Shown here: positions 20,192 through 32,728 of the stretch, in pieces
Position numbering within the stretch: position 1 is the stretch's first letter
Layout of the letters: each line of letters begins with the position of its first letter
NCBI GenBank assembly: GCA_963748815.1
Contig: CAVVKJ010000006.1
Location: forward strand, 1 to 64,000
Length of the DNA: 64,000 nt
DNA from: an uncultured Gemmatimonadales bacterium
Lineage (GTDB): Bacteria > Gemmatimonadota > Gemmatimonadetes > Gemmatimonadales > GWC2-71-9
Direction of reading: 5' to 3'
Notes under the pieces: generated by a model
The model's database searches: none
What the model was told of the DNA's origin: nothing
What the model saw: the letters and a program-made list of their open reading frames with translations, nothing else
Program-made: the position numbers and the translations under genes

Positions 20192-20988
20192 AGACGGTTC
20201 TCTTTTGCGGCGGCCTCGGGATGCGGATCCGGGACTACGCCGAAAACGTCCCCAAGCCGCTGGTGCCGATTGGATACCGCCCGATTCTCTGGCACCTGAT
20301 GAAGTACTACGCCCACTACGGGCATACCGACTTCGTCCTCGCCCTCGGCTACCGCGCCGACATGATCAAGAACTTCTTCCTGAACTATGAGGAAGCGGTG
20401 TCGAACGACCTGATCGTGTCGGAGGGTGGGCGGAAGCGCGAGATGCTGAACAGCGACATCGAGGACTGGCGGATCTCGCTGATCGAGACCGGCCTCAACG
20501 CCAACATCGGCATGCGCCTCCGCGCGGTGCGCCAGCACGTGGCCGGCGAAGAGATGTTCCTGGCCAACTACGCCGACTCGCTGACCGACCTTCCGCTCGA
20601 CGAGCAGATCGAGGCGTTCCGCAAGAGCGACGCGGTGGCGTCGTTTGTCTCCGTCATCCCGAACCTGAGCTATCACTTCATCGAAGCCGACCGGGACGGG
20701 CGGGTGACCGGCATCAAGGACATCGCAAACTCGGGACTTCGCCTGAACGGCGGGTTCTTCATCTTCCGCCAGGAGATCTTTGACTACCTCCACGAGGGGG
20801 AGGAGCTGGTCGTCGAACCGTTCCAGCGACTGATCAAGGAGAAGAAGCTTCAGGCGTTCCAATACGACGGGTTCTGGACACCGATGGATACCGCCAAGGA
20901 CCGGCAGAAGTATGATGAGCTCTGGTCCTCGGGGAACACCCCGTGGACGGTGTGGAAGAACGATCCCCCCGTGCCCGGAAAGGGGTGA
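20188..20988 (+). CDS. rfbF: Glucose-1-phosphate cytidylyltransferase-like (RfbF family)
   Basis: LFCGGLGMR, PKPLVPIGYRPILWHLMKYY, LNGGFF, GFWTPMDT, PW at the C-terminus; ATGA overlap. Confidence 0.85.
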   Translation: MKTVLFCGGLGMRIRDYAENVPKPLVPIGYRPILWHLMKYYAHYGHTDFVLALGYRADMIKNFFLNYEEAVSNDLIVSEGGRKREMLNSDIEDWRISLIETGLNANIGMRLRAVRQHVAGEEMFLANYADSLTDLPLDEQIEAFRKSDAVASFVSVIPNLSYHFIEADRDGRVTGIKDIANSGLRLNGGFFIFRQEIFDYLHEGEELVVEPFQRLIKEKKLQAFQYDGFWTPMDTAKDRQKYDELWSSGNTPWTVWKNDPPVPGKG

Positions 20989-21638
20989 GCGTGCTGCACC
21001 TCGACCTGCCACGCACCGGACGCCGCCCACTCCGCATCCTCTGCCTCGGCGCCCACTCCGACGACATCGAAATCGGGTGCGGCGGTACCCTCCTCCACCT
21101 GCTTGCCACCCGCCGTGCGTCGGTGGAGTGGGTCGTGATGAGCGCTCCCGGCCGCCGGGGCACGGAGGCGCGCCGGGGAGCGGCACGGTTTCTCCGCGAT
21201 GCCGTGGAGGGCCGGGTGCTCCTGCACGAGTTTCGGGACGGGTTCTTCCCCACGGAATGGCCAAAGATCAAGGAGGCGTTCGAGACCCTCCGCAGCGAGA
21301 TCGAGCCGGACCTGATCTTCACGCATTTCCGGGACGACCGTCACCAGGACCATCGGGTCCTGTCCGACCTGACCTGGAACACCTTCCGGGACCACCAGAT
21401 CCTTGAATACGAGATCCCCAAGTGGGACGGCGACCTCGGCCGGCCGAACGTCTACGTGCCGCTGAGCCCCGCAATCGCCCGGCGGAAAGTGGCCGGGCTG
21501 ATGGCGGTATTCGCCTCGCAACGCTCCAAGCGCTGGTTTTCCGAAGAGACCTTTCGCGCGCTGCTCCGGCTCCGGGGCATCGAGTGCGGGGTAGACTGGG
21601 CGGAGGGGTTCTACGGGAGGAAAGTCGTGGTAGCTTAG
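20985..21638 (+). CDS. PIG-L/LmbE family N-acetyl-sugar deacetylase
   Basis: LGAHSDDIEIGCGG, DRHQDH, AEGF. Confidence 0.9.
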   Translation: MSVLHLDLPRTGRRPLRILCLGAHSDDIEIGCGGTLLHLLATRRASVEWVVMSAPGRRGTEARRGAARFLRDAVEGRVLLHEFRDGFFPTEWPKIKEAFETLRSEIEPDLIFTHFRDDRHQDHRVLSDLTWNTFRDHQILEYEIPKWDGDLGRPNVYVPLSPAIARRKVAGLMAVFASQRSKRWFSEETFRALLRLRGIECGVDWAEGFYGRKVVVA

Positions 21639-21642
21639 TCGG

Positions 21643-22911
21643 ATGCCCCGCACCCAAAGACAATTCGGGTACCGCCTCGCCGCCGCCGGCCTGGTCTTCA
21701 TTGCCCTGCTCACCCTGATTCCCGACCCTGGCGCGACGGCGCGCGCCGCCCTGACACCGGTCGTACTGCATCGTCTGCGGCGACCTGGGCGGCGTGGACT
21801 TCCTCCTCAACATCCTGCTCTTCGTTCCGCTAGGGCTCGGGCTCGGTCTGGCCGGGTTTTCCTGGCGCCGCGCGGTGGTGCTGGCAGCACTCGTCTCGTT
21901 CAGCGTCGAACTGCTCCAGATGAAGGTCATTGCGGGCCGGGACGCCAGCCTTGGTGACGTCGTGACCAACACCACCGGCGGAGCGGTAGGTGCCCTGCTC
22001 GGGATATACTGGCGCCGGGTCGTCCAGCCCCCGCCGGTCCCTGCACGGCTCCTGGCCTTGGCCTACGCGGTGTGCCTAATCGTCATCTGGGCCGGCACCG
22101 CGTGGGCCTTTGGCCCCACATGGCCCGTCGGCGCCCCGTGGTACGGACAGTGGGCGGCAGATCTCGGACACTTGAAGCCGTTTCTCGGCACGCCGCTCTC
22201 CATCAGCACGGGAGGCGATCCCCTCCTCCCGGGGCGAGCGCTCGATCAGTCACGGCTCGAGGATGCCGTCGCCGCTGATCCGTCCATGACTTTTCGCGCC
22301 GTCCTCGGCCCGCGCCCGACTCGACTGGCGCCGGTCGGGCTCATCTACGACGGATGGCAGCGGGAAGTGATCCTGCTCGGCCAGGAGCGACAGGACCTTT
22401 CCTTCCGGTACCGCATGCGGGCCACCATCCTGAAGCTGCGGAACCCGAGAGCCAATCTCCGAAATGGGATGGATGGGCAGCCCGGCGACACCGTCGAGGC
22501 GCGAAGGCGCATTGCGCGACGGGGCGTTCGAGTTGCGCTCCCGCCTGCGGCGACGAGGAACTCACGCGCCGGCTCCCGCTCAGCGCCAGCTGGGGGTGGA
22601 GCCTCGTGACACCCTGGAACTCCGTCCTCGGCGAGGAGGTCCACTCGCTCACGGCGTTCTGGATCATCGGACTCGTCGCGGTTCTGGCCTACTGGAGCGT
22701 CCTGGCCGGAGGCGCGGCGTTCACCATCGTGCCCGTCACGGTCGCGCTCATGCTGGGTGCCGTGCCGTACGCGGCCGGCTTCCCACCGGCGCACTGGAGC
22801 GAGTGGGTGGCGGCACTGGGAGGCATCGCGGTCGGTAGCCTGGCTGCGCGCCGGACCAGGGTGACTCTCGGCACATCCCCGAAGGGACCTGATGCTAGCT
22901 TAGGGGAATGA
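21643..22911 (+). CDS. VanZ-domain membrane protein; frameshifted
   Basis: DFLLNILLFVPLG, SVELLQ, GRDASLGDVVTNTTG; further TM segments in ORF 22354..22911. Confidence 0.75.
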
Positions 22912-25178
22912 ACCACTCCCACCGCCCCGGCCTGCTCGCTCCTCCTGGCAGGAGCCCTGCTCTCCTGTGACTCGAGCACGCCCCCCGGCAACGCCACCCC
23001 CGTCGCCACCATCACCAATCCGACGGCCGGATCGCTCTTCTCCGGCGGCGAGACGATCGCCTACGCGGGGACGGGGACCGATGCCGAGGACGGGTCGCTG
23101 GCCGCCAGCCAGTTCACCTGGTGGGTGGACCTCCACCACGCGACCCACACCCATCCTTTCGTGCCGCCGACCAGCGGCGCCACCAGCGGCAGCTTCCTGG
23201 TGCCGCCGCGGGGGCACACCGAGGACGACATCTTCCTCCGGATCCACCTCTCGGTGGTGGACGCCGACGGCGTGGCAGACACCAGCTTCGTGGACGTGCA
23301 GCCCCGGAAGGTGACCCTCTCGTTCGCGGGCGCGCCGAGCGGCGTGTCCGTGACCGTCGACGGCCAGCCGATGGCGACCCCCTTCGACGTGACCGCCGTC
23401 GTGGGGATGGAACGCGACCTCGGCGCCCCCTCGCCACAGGTCATCGGGCCGGACAGCCTGGAGTGGGCGTCCTGGTCCGACGGCGGCGCTCAACTCCATA
23501 CCATCGTCACGCCGACCACCAACACGACCTACACCGCCACCTACCAGGTGGTGGCCGTCGTGAACCAGCACCCGATCGTGAGCGTGACCGCCCCCGCCGC
23601 CGGCGCCACGATCACCCAAGGCACCGCAACGCCGGTGACCGCAACCGCGTCCGATCCCGATGGCACCGTCACCTCGGTGGAATTCCTCGACGGCGTCACG
23701 TCGCTCGGAACCGACAACAGCGCGCCCTATGCCGTGACGTGGACGCCAACCACACTCGGCGCCCATTCGCTCACCGCGCGCGCCACCGACAACGGCGGGG
23801 CCAGCACCACCTCCGCCCCGGTCAACGTCTCGGTCGTCCCCGCCGGGCGCCGATGGCACGCCGCCCACCGTCACCCTGACCAGCCCCACCGACGGGACGA
23901 CCGGTCTCTCCGGGTCGCCGACCTTCACCGCCACCGCCACCGACAACGTCGGCGTCGTGGGCGTGACCTTCCAGGTGGACGGCGTGACCCTTTCCGAGGA
24001 CCTGACGGCTCCCTACCAGGCCACCCTCCCCGCCACGAGCGCCTACGCCAGCGGGGTCCACGTGGTCCGCGCCCGGGCCCGGGACGCCGCCGGAAACCTC
24101 TCCCCCTGGTCCGCGGCGCGCGTCACCTTCAACGGCAGCGCCCTCGCCGACAGGCTTCAGCCGCACCACATTCGTCTCCGGCCTCGGGCGGCACCGCCAC
24201 CGCGATGGCTTGGAGCCCCGACGGCCGGCTTTTCATCGCCGAGCAGGGAGGCGCCCTTCGCGTGGTGAAGAACGGCGCCCTGCTGGCCACTCCCTTCGTG
24301 ACCGTCGACCACCACCGCCGAACGGTGAACGCGGTCTCCTGGGTGTGGCCTTCCATCCGCAGTTCGGATCCAACGGCTTGGTGTACCTCTACTACACCTC
24401 GAGCAGCGGCGGCGCGCACAACCGCATCGTGCGGTATACCGCCAGCGGCGACGTCGCGGCCGGTGGAGAGACCGTGCTGGTGGACCTGCCCAACCTGAGC
24501 AGCGCCACCAACCACAACGGCGGCGCCATGCACTTCGGCCCCGACGGGAAGCTCTACGTGGCCGTGGGCGACAACGCCAACGGGAGCAATGCGCAGAGCA
24601 TGTCCACGCCCTTCGGCAAGATGCTCCGCTTCAACGACGACGGATCTATCCCGACCGACAACCCCTTCTACGGCACCACCACCGGCGTCAACCGGTCGAT
24701 CTGGGCGCTCGGCCTCCGCAACCCCTTCACCTTCGGCTTCCAGCCCGGCACCGGCCGGATGTTCATCAACGACGTCGGTCAGGGCACCTGGGAGGAAATC
24801 AACGAGGGCGCCGCCGGCGCCAACTACGGGTGGCCCACCGAGGAAGGCACCGGCGGTGCACCAACGTACGTCGATCCGGTCTACGCCTACGGCCACTCCA
24901 ACAATCCTTCGCTGGTTGTCGGGCAGGCCATCGTCGGCGCCGCCTTCTACAACCCCGGCACGGTGCTCTACCCCAGTGAGTATGTCGGCAGCTTCTTCTT
25001 CGGCGACTACGTGCAGGGATGGGTCAAGCGGCTGGACACTGCCAACGGAAATGCGGTGTACTCGTTCTGGGGCGGCTCGGGGGCGCTGACCGACCTGGCG
25101 GTTGGACCCGACGGGGCACTCTACGCCCTCGGCCAGGTGAGCGGCGGGTGGGGCGTGCATCGGATCGGGAGGCCGTGA
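22908..25178 (+). CDS. Lipoprotein with several Ig-like domains and a C-terminal PQQ-dependent aldose sugar dehydrogenase (GSDH) propeller; frameshifted
   Basis: LLAGALLSC lipobox; ATASDPDGTVTSVEF and ARATDNGG Ig-like motifs; GERGLLGVAFHP, NHNGGAMHFGPDGKLY, GLRNPF, DVGQGTWEEIN, NYGWP. Confidence 0.85.
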
Positions 25179-25186
25179 GCTTCGCT

Positions 25187-25350
25187 GGCGGGGAAGCGGG
25201 GAAGCGGGGAAGCAACGATGATTCAACGTCATTCCCGCGCAAGCGGGAATCCAGAAGACTGGACCCCCGCTTTCGCGGGGGTGACGACCTGGGGACCCCG
25301 CCCTTCGCGGGGGCGACGACCTGGAGACCCCGGCTTTCGCCGGGGTGACG
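25187..25350. repeat. GCGGGGAA tandem plus REP/BIME-like cluster (family 1)
   Basis: GTCATTCCCGCGCAAGCGGGAATCCA followed by three inverted units of the type TGGACCCCCGCTTTCGCGGGGGTGACG. Confidence 0.85.
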
Positions 25351-25371
25351 AGCCGGTGCTACCTTAGTCCG

Positions 25372-26617
25372 ATGCCCTCTCAGCCCCGTCCCGGCCTCAC
25401 CCTCCCCTTCCGCCAGCGCATCCTGCTGGTGCTGATCGCGCTGGGCGCCGTCCCCACCGCCATCGCCATCTTCGGCTGGGCCCTCACCATCCGCACCAAC
25501 AACCCCGCCACCGCGGCCCGCGCCGCCGTGGAGGGCGTGGGCGCCTCCGGCCGGGTGCTGGTGGAAACCATCGACACCACCCGGCTCCGCGGCCCGCGAG
25601 CGCCGCGCCCTGGCCGTGCACGCCGAGGCGCTGAACCGCGCCCTGGTGCGCACCCAGGCCGCCGAGGCGTATGGGCAGTACTACTACGCCGGGCTGGCGG
25701 CGCTGCTTCTCGCGCTGGGCGCCCTGTATGTCTACGCCGCGGTCCGGCTCGGCGGGCACCTCTCCCGGCAGCTGAGCCGGCCGATCGACGAGCTGGTCGG
25801 TTGGACCGGCCACATCGCCCGGCACGAGCCGGTCCCCGACGCCGAGACGCTCCGGGGCGCGCCGGAATTCGAGGCGCTCCGCACCGCCCTCCGATCCATG
25901 GCCACCGAACTCGAACTCGGCCGCTCCCGCGAACTCGAGACCGAGCGCATCCGCGCCTTCGGCGAGGTGGCGCGCCGGGTGGCGCACGAAATGAAGAACC
26001 CGCTCACGCCGATCGGCTTTGCCGTGAAGGCGCTGGCCGGCACCGCGCGGCCGGAGCAGAAGGAAGCCATCGAGGTGCTGGCCGCAGAGTCGAAGCGGCT
26101 GGAGCGGCTGGCCAAGGAGTTCGCCGAGTTGGGGCGGCTGCCCGAGGGACCCGCCGCCGAGGTGGACCTGGCCGAACTGCTGGAGGAGCTGCAGCGCGTC
26201 GCGGTGCCGCCCACCATCGACGCCACGGTACTGGTTCACCCGGACACGCCCCGGATCATGGGGCACTACGACCCACTCCGCCGCGCCTTCAGCAACCTGA
26301 TCCGGAACGCCGTCGAGGCGATGAACAACGCAGGCGAGCTCGACATCCGCATCGCCCCCGGCGCCGGCGGGGTGATCGTGGCGATTGCCGACCACGGCCC
26401 CGGCATCCCCGAGGAGCAGCGCGCACAGGTGTTCGAGCCGTACTGGACCACGAAGGACGAGGGAACAGGGCTCGGCCTGGCGCTGGTGCGGCAGACGGCG
26501 GTCGCGCATGGCGGGAGCGTGGAGGTCAGGGAGACACCGGGCGGCGGCGCGACCTTTGTCATGATCCTGACAGGCCGTCCCCCCTCTCCATATCATGGAG
26601 AGGGGGACAGGGGGTGA
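25372..26617 (+). CDS. Membrane sensor histidine kinase (HAMP-HisKA-HATPase); frameshift near 25600
   Basis: ARRVAHEMKNPLTPI H-box, NLIRNAVEA, DHGPGI, FEPYWTTK, GTGLGL. Confidence 0.9.
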
Positions 26618-26705
26618 GGTGATAAGGCGCAAAGGGCGGTCGTCATTCCCGCGAAAGCGGGAATCCAGAGCGCGCCACTGGACCCCCGCTTTCGCGGGGG
26701 TGACG
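26578..26705. repeat. Family 2 palindrome (overlapping the kinase stop) plus a family 1 REP pair
   Basis: CCCCCTCTCCATATCATGGAGAGGGGGACAGGGGGTGAGG, then GTCATTCCCGCGAAAGCGGGAATCCA...TGGACCCCCGCTTTCGCGGGGGTGACG. Confidence 0.85.
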
Positions 26706-26737
26706 CCGCGGCCCCCCTGCCCCGCCTATCTTTACAA

Positions 26738-28126
<1,389 letters not shown>

Positions 28127-28127
28127 G

Positions 28128-28243
28128 CCCCGTTCCCCCTCTCCACATGGTGGAGAGGGGGACAGGGGGTGAGGTGGGAGCGATGGCGACGGAACCTGGA
28201 CCCCGGCGACCCTGCCCCGGCGAAAGCCGGGGGCCGGGGTGAC
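28128..28243. repeat. Family 2 palindrome plus a degenerate family 1 REP
   Basis: CCCCCTCTCCACATGGTGGAGAGGGGGACAGGGGGTGAGG and TGGACCCCGGC...CCCCGGCGAAAGCCGGGG...GGGGTGACG. Confidence 0.75.
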
Positions 28244-28350
28244 GGCAAGGGGTCATCTATGGAAGCGTGGGTACCGGAATGATCCGAGCATCTATCACGA
28301 AGTCGCGCGTTCTTCTCGATAGGGGTGGGCATAAGCCCACCCCTAGCTGG

Positions 28351-30076
28351 ATGATTGCCATCGCCGCGTTGATGTTGTTCGCGCATGTCGCCCACGCCCA
28401 GGACAGCGTGGTCGTCATCGATCCCGACGCGCCCTTTGCCGACAGCTCCGGCGTCGGGTCGCTTCCCGCCGCCGTCACCCAGCAACTGATCCATACCTGG
28501 AACGATTCCACCACCACCCGCCTCAGCGGCAACGTCTCCCTCGCGCCGGGGAGCAAGCTGCAGGGTCCCGTGGCCCTGTACCGGGGCACGCTGCGCGTCG
28601 GAGGGACGATCGAAGGCCCCGTCACCGTCATCAACGGCAACCTGGTCCTCCTCCCCGGCGCCGTCATCACCGGCGACGTGCTCGTGGTCGGCGGGCGGCT
28701 GACACAGGCAGGAAGGGAGCACCCTCGACGGCATCGAAAAGGTGTACTGGGATCTTGCCCCCGTGGCGCGGGCCAGCGATGGCACCCTGGCCCACCAGGA
28801 AACCCCCGACCTCGAGACCCTTGGCGTGGCGCAGGCGAGCTTCGGCGTCGGCAAGATCCGCACGACGCTGCACGCCTCGACCGGCGGGACCTACGACCGC
28901 ATCGAAGGATTTCCGCTGGACGCCGGGGTCGGCTTCGACTGGCGGGCCACCAAGCGCGACCGGATCAAGCTCGACCTGACCGGCATCCTCCGGACCAGCA
29001 CCGACCGCACCGACTCGCGGAGCGACTTCGGGTACCGCACCCGCCTCGAATGGCGGCGCAACGGCGAGGTGAGCTACGGACTCGGCGGCCGGGCGTGGAG
29101 CGCCATCGAGGTGATTCCCGACCAGACCCTGTCGCGCGCCGAGTCGGGATGGTCGTCGATCCTCGTGCAGGAAGATCAGTACGACTACTACGACGACCAG
29201 GGCATCGGGCTCTACGGCTTCCTGATTCCGGCGCGGCAGCTCCGGCTGGACCTCTCCTGGTACAGCGAGCAGATGTCCTCGGTGCCCGCCGCCGACCCCT
29301 GGTCGCTGTTCGTCAACGAAAGCCGCTGGCGCCCCAACCCGCTGATCGACGATGGCACCTATTCGATCACCACGGCCGCCGTCACCCTCGACACCCGCGA
29401 CGCCGAGCGCCAGCCCTCGCTCGGCTGGTATGCCAAGGCCAGCGCCGAGTTCGGCTCGAGCGATGATGTCGGACCCGTGGCGCTCCCACCTGGCCTCCGC
29501 AATCCGATCGCCACCGACGGCTCCTACAACTACTCGATGCTCACCGTCGACGTTCGGCGCTATTTCCGGCTCTCGCCGGCGGACCGGATCAGCGGACGCG
29601 GATACTTTGCCGGCTGGGTGGGCGGTGGCGCGCTGCCGATGCAGCGGCGCGTCTCCCTGGGCGGTCCCTCGATCCTCCCCGGCGACGCCTTTCGCCAGGT
29701 GAACTGCACCCCGCCCGGCTTTTCGAACAACTCCGAGGCCAGCCTCTGTGACCGCACGATGTTCTTCCAGGCCGAATTCCGGCACCGCCTCGACCTGGGC
29801 TGGCACTACACCGTGTCGAAGGGCAGCGAGGGCTCTGCCAGCCGCGTCATCGGCATCCAGACGGTGGACCTGGTGTTCCTCTCCGACGTCGGCACCGCCT
29901 GGCTGACCGGGTCGGGCCCAGGCCACGTGCCCAACAACCGGCTGCCGTCCTCGGATTACTGGTCGGCGGACATCGGCGCCGGCATCGACTTCGGCTTCTT
30001 CGGCGCCTACCTGGCCAAGTCGATCACCGACGACGGCCCGCTCCGCCTCTCCCTGCGCCTGCAGCGCCGCTTCTAG
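28351..30076 (+). CDS. Outer-membrane beta-barrel protein (Omp85/surface-antigen-like) with an N-terminal beta-helix-like segment; frameshift near 28715
   Basis: Signal peptide AHVAHA-Q; G-x-V/I repeats; TLDTRD, VDVRRYFRL, QAEFR, DVGTAW, DIGAGI; C-terminal RLQRRF. Confidence 0.65.
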
Positions 30077-30077
30077 G

Positions 30078-30738
30078 ATGCGCCTGCCGGGCCTCCTCCT
30101 GCTGCTCGCGGTGCTCGCGCCGCCCGCCGCTCCTCCGCTCCACGCGCAGGGGAGTGCCGGCGTCACCCTGGCCGTCACCCTCGTGCCCGACGCCAGCCGG
30201 AAGGACGGGCAGCTCCCGGAGGCCCGCGTGTCCGGCCTGCTCGAGGACGACCGCTGGACCTCGGCGCTCCTGAGCGGGCTGCCGCTCCGCCTCCACTACC
30301 GGCTCGAGCTCTGGCGCTCACGCTCCTCGTGGTTTGACGCGGCGGTTCGGTCGGTGGAGTGGGACGTCGTGGTGCGGCGGGAACCGCTGCTCGATCAGTA
30401 CACGGTGACGACGGTGCTGCTCGGACGCACCCGCCTGCAGCGGTACCCCGACCTGGCAGCGCTGGGCCGGGCGCTCGGCGTGGCCTACCGGATTGCGGTG
30501 CGGGCGACCGACAGGGGGAGCTACTACTACATGGCGACGCTGTCGGTATCCACGCTCTCCGACTCCGACCTCGACGAGATGGACCGGGTGATGCGCGGGG
30601 AGGCGGGCGCCGCCACCGACGACAACGGCAACCTGGGCGACGCCGTCGAGCCGCTCCGCGCGCCGGATGCTGCTGCGCGTGGCGGGGCTGCCGATCATGC
30701 GGGTGGACGGGCGGAGCGAGACGTTCGAAGTGAAATAG
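30078..30738 (+). CDS. Exported DUF4390-like protein; frameshift near 30650
   Basis: Signal peptide; SGLPLRLHYRLELWRSRSSWFD...VRREPLLDQY; corrected C-terminus RSETFEVK, stop at 30736-30738. Confidence 0.6.
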
Positions 30739-30845
30739 GCGGGGAAGCGGGGAAGCGGGGAAGCGGGTCGGAATATCGTCACCCCGGCGAAAGCCGGGGT
30801 CCATTTCCTGCCCGACGATGGATCCCGGCTTGCGCCGGGATGACG
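30739..30845. repeat. GCGGGGAA tandem plus family 1 REP pair between convergent genes
   Basis: GTCACCCCGGCGAAAGCCGGGGTCCA...TGGATCCCGGCTTGCGCCGGGATGACG. Confidence 0.8.
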
Positions 30846-30854
30846 GCCGTCAAA

Positions 30855-31406
30855 CTAGTGTCCCCTGAGCGCGTGCAGCGCCGCCTCGCCGTAAAACAGC
30901 CGAATGTACTTCGCCTGCGTCCGGCTCAGGCGGCGGACCGCCCAGGACAGGTGCACGAAGTGCGGTTCGGTCGGCGGGTGCAGCGGCAACATGCCGCACT
31001 CCTCCGGGAGGCGGTTGCCCTTCCGTGTATTGCAGCTGCTGCACGCCGTGACGACGTTGGTCCAGGCGTTCCCTCCCCCGCGAGAAATCGGCACCAGGTG
31101 GTCGCGCGTGAGGCACTCGCGCGGACGCAACTCGGGCTGGCTCCGGTTGCAGTACTGGCACCGGTACTCGTCGCGGGCAAAGAGGAAGGTGTTGGTGACG
31201 TGGCGGCGGAAGCGGCGGGGGACGTGCACGAACTTGACGAGGCGGATGATGGCTGGCCGTGGGATGGCCAGCCGTTCACTTCGCATGTATTCAGGGCCGT
31301 CGGCTTCGACGATCTCGGCCTTGCCCTCAATGACAAGCCGCAGCGCCCGGCGCACGGGCACCATGGTGAGTGGCTCGAATGAGGCGTTCAGTGCAAGGCA
31401 GCGCAT
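30855..31406 (-). CDS. HNH endonuclease family protein
   Basis: LALNASFEPL, RDEYRCQYC, LTRDHLVPISRGG..WTNVVTACSSCNTRKG. Confidence 0.92.
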   Translation of the reverse strand: MRCLALNASFEPLTMVPVRRALRLVIEGKAEIVEADGPEYMRSERLAIPRPAIIRLVKFVHVPRRFRRHVTNTFLFARDEYRCQYCNRSQPELRPRECLTRDHLVPISRGGGNAWTNVVTACSSCNTRKGNRLPEECGMLPLHPPTEPHFVHLSWAVRRLSRTQAKYIRLFYGEAALHALRGH

Positions 31407-31488
31407 GCGGTGAGTCCCGCGTGATGTGGTTGCAAGAATCGTAACGCGCGGCACTGGCGCCAGCAAGGGAGGCCCGCCCCCCGCCCCC

Positions 31489-32727
31489 CTACCGCCGATG
31501 GACCGTCCGACCGCCGAGCATCGTCTCGTCCACATCGGAGGGGGCACTCGCCAGGGCCGCCTCGAGCGCCGATTCCGGCGAGTCGGTCCGCCCGATGGTC
31601 ACCACCGCGACGTCGCCCCAGGCACCGGCGCGGAGTGTGCCGACGTCGCCTCCCAACCCGATCGCCTCCGCCGCCCCGTTCGTCACGAGCGCGAGCGCCG
31701 CTTCCGCCGACAGTCCTCCCAGTTCGCGCGCCGCCCGCGCCTCCGCCAGCAGGTCGAGCCGCCCCACGCTCGCCACCGAGTCGGTCCCCACCCCCACCCG
31801 GAGCCCCGCCTCGAGGAACGCAGCAAGGGGTGCGGCGCCGTGACCGTGCCGGCGATTGGAGAGCGGGCAGTGCGCGACGGCCGTGCCACTCTGCCTTAGC
31901 CGGACCACGTCTGCCTCGCCAGCCTGGACGAGGTGGATCGCAAGGGTGCGATCGCCGAGGATGCCGTGGGCATCGAGCCACCCGACGGGAGACGCTCCCG
32001 CGGCCTCCGGGAGCGGAATGCCGCGCAGTGCCCACGCCTCCGCGAACGACCCCGTCCCCCCGGCGACCAGCTCCGACTCGGCGGTCGATTCCGCGAGGTG
32101 CACCGCGATCGGCAGCGCCTCCCGCTCTGCGAACTCCGCCACCGCACGGTAGAGAGCGCCGCTCACGGTGTACGGTGCGTGCGGCGACACGCCGAGCCGC
32201 ACCCGCTCCGACGTGAACTGGCGGAGCTCCGCCACCCGCGCTTCGAGTCCCGCCATGCTCTCCGCGACCTGGTCGGGATGGGGCCCGAACACCTCGTGAT
32301 AGGCGACGCCGCTTCCCCCGGCCTCCGCCAACGCCTGGATGACGGCGCCGCTGTCGCCGGTGTCGGCGACGGTGGTCACGCCCGCCGCGTGGCAGTCCGC
32401 GAGCCCCTGGCGCGCTGCAGCGAGGTAGTCCGCCGCGGGTCGGTCGCCCTTGAGCGCACGAATGCGCCGGATCCAGGCGGAAAAATCCGCTTCGTCCGCC
32501 ATGCCGGCGAAGCCGGTGAGTTCGAGATGGGTGTGGGTGTTGACCAAGCCGGGAAGGATGACAGAGTCTGGCCACTCGGCGTGCTGAGCGTCGTCAGGCC
32601 GCGGAACGTCGTCACGATGGCCAACGGCGTCGATTCGTCCATCACTCCCGATCAGGACCGCGCCGTCCCGGATCGGCGGCCCGTTCATCGGAATGAGCCA
32701 CCCTGCGGTCAGGAACCGGGGGCGCAC
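31489..32727 (-). CDS. Amidohydrolase family deaminase (MtaD-like)
   Basis: PGLVNTHTHLEL, SPHAPYTVS, HLAES, HCPLSN, GTDSVAS. Confidence 0.88.
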   Translation of the reverse strand: MRPRFLTAGWLIPMNGPPIRDGAVLIGSDGRIDAVGHRDDVPRPDDAQHAEWPDSVILPGLVNTHTHLELTGFAGMADEADFSAWIRRIRALKGDRPAADYLAAARQGLADCHAAGVTTVADTGDSGAVIQALAEAGGSGVAYHEVFGPHPDQVAESMAGLEARVAELRQFTSERVRLGVSPHAPYTVSGALYRAVAEFAEREALPIAVHLAESTAESELVAGGTGSFAEAWALRGIPLPEAAGASPVGWLDAHGILGDRTLAIHLVQAGEADVVRLRQSGTAVAHCPLSNRRHGHGAAPLAAFLEAGLRVGVGTDSVASVGRLDLLAEARAARELGGLSAEAALALVTNGAAEAIGLGGDVGTLRAGAWGDVAVVTIGRTDSPESALEAALASAPSDVDETMLGGRTVHRR

Positions 32728-32728
32728 G

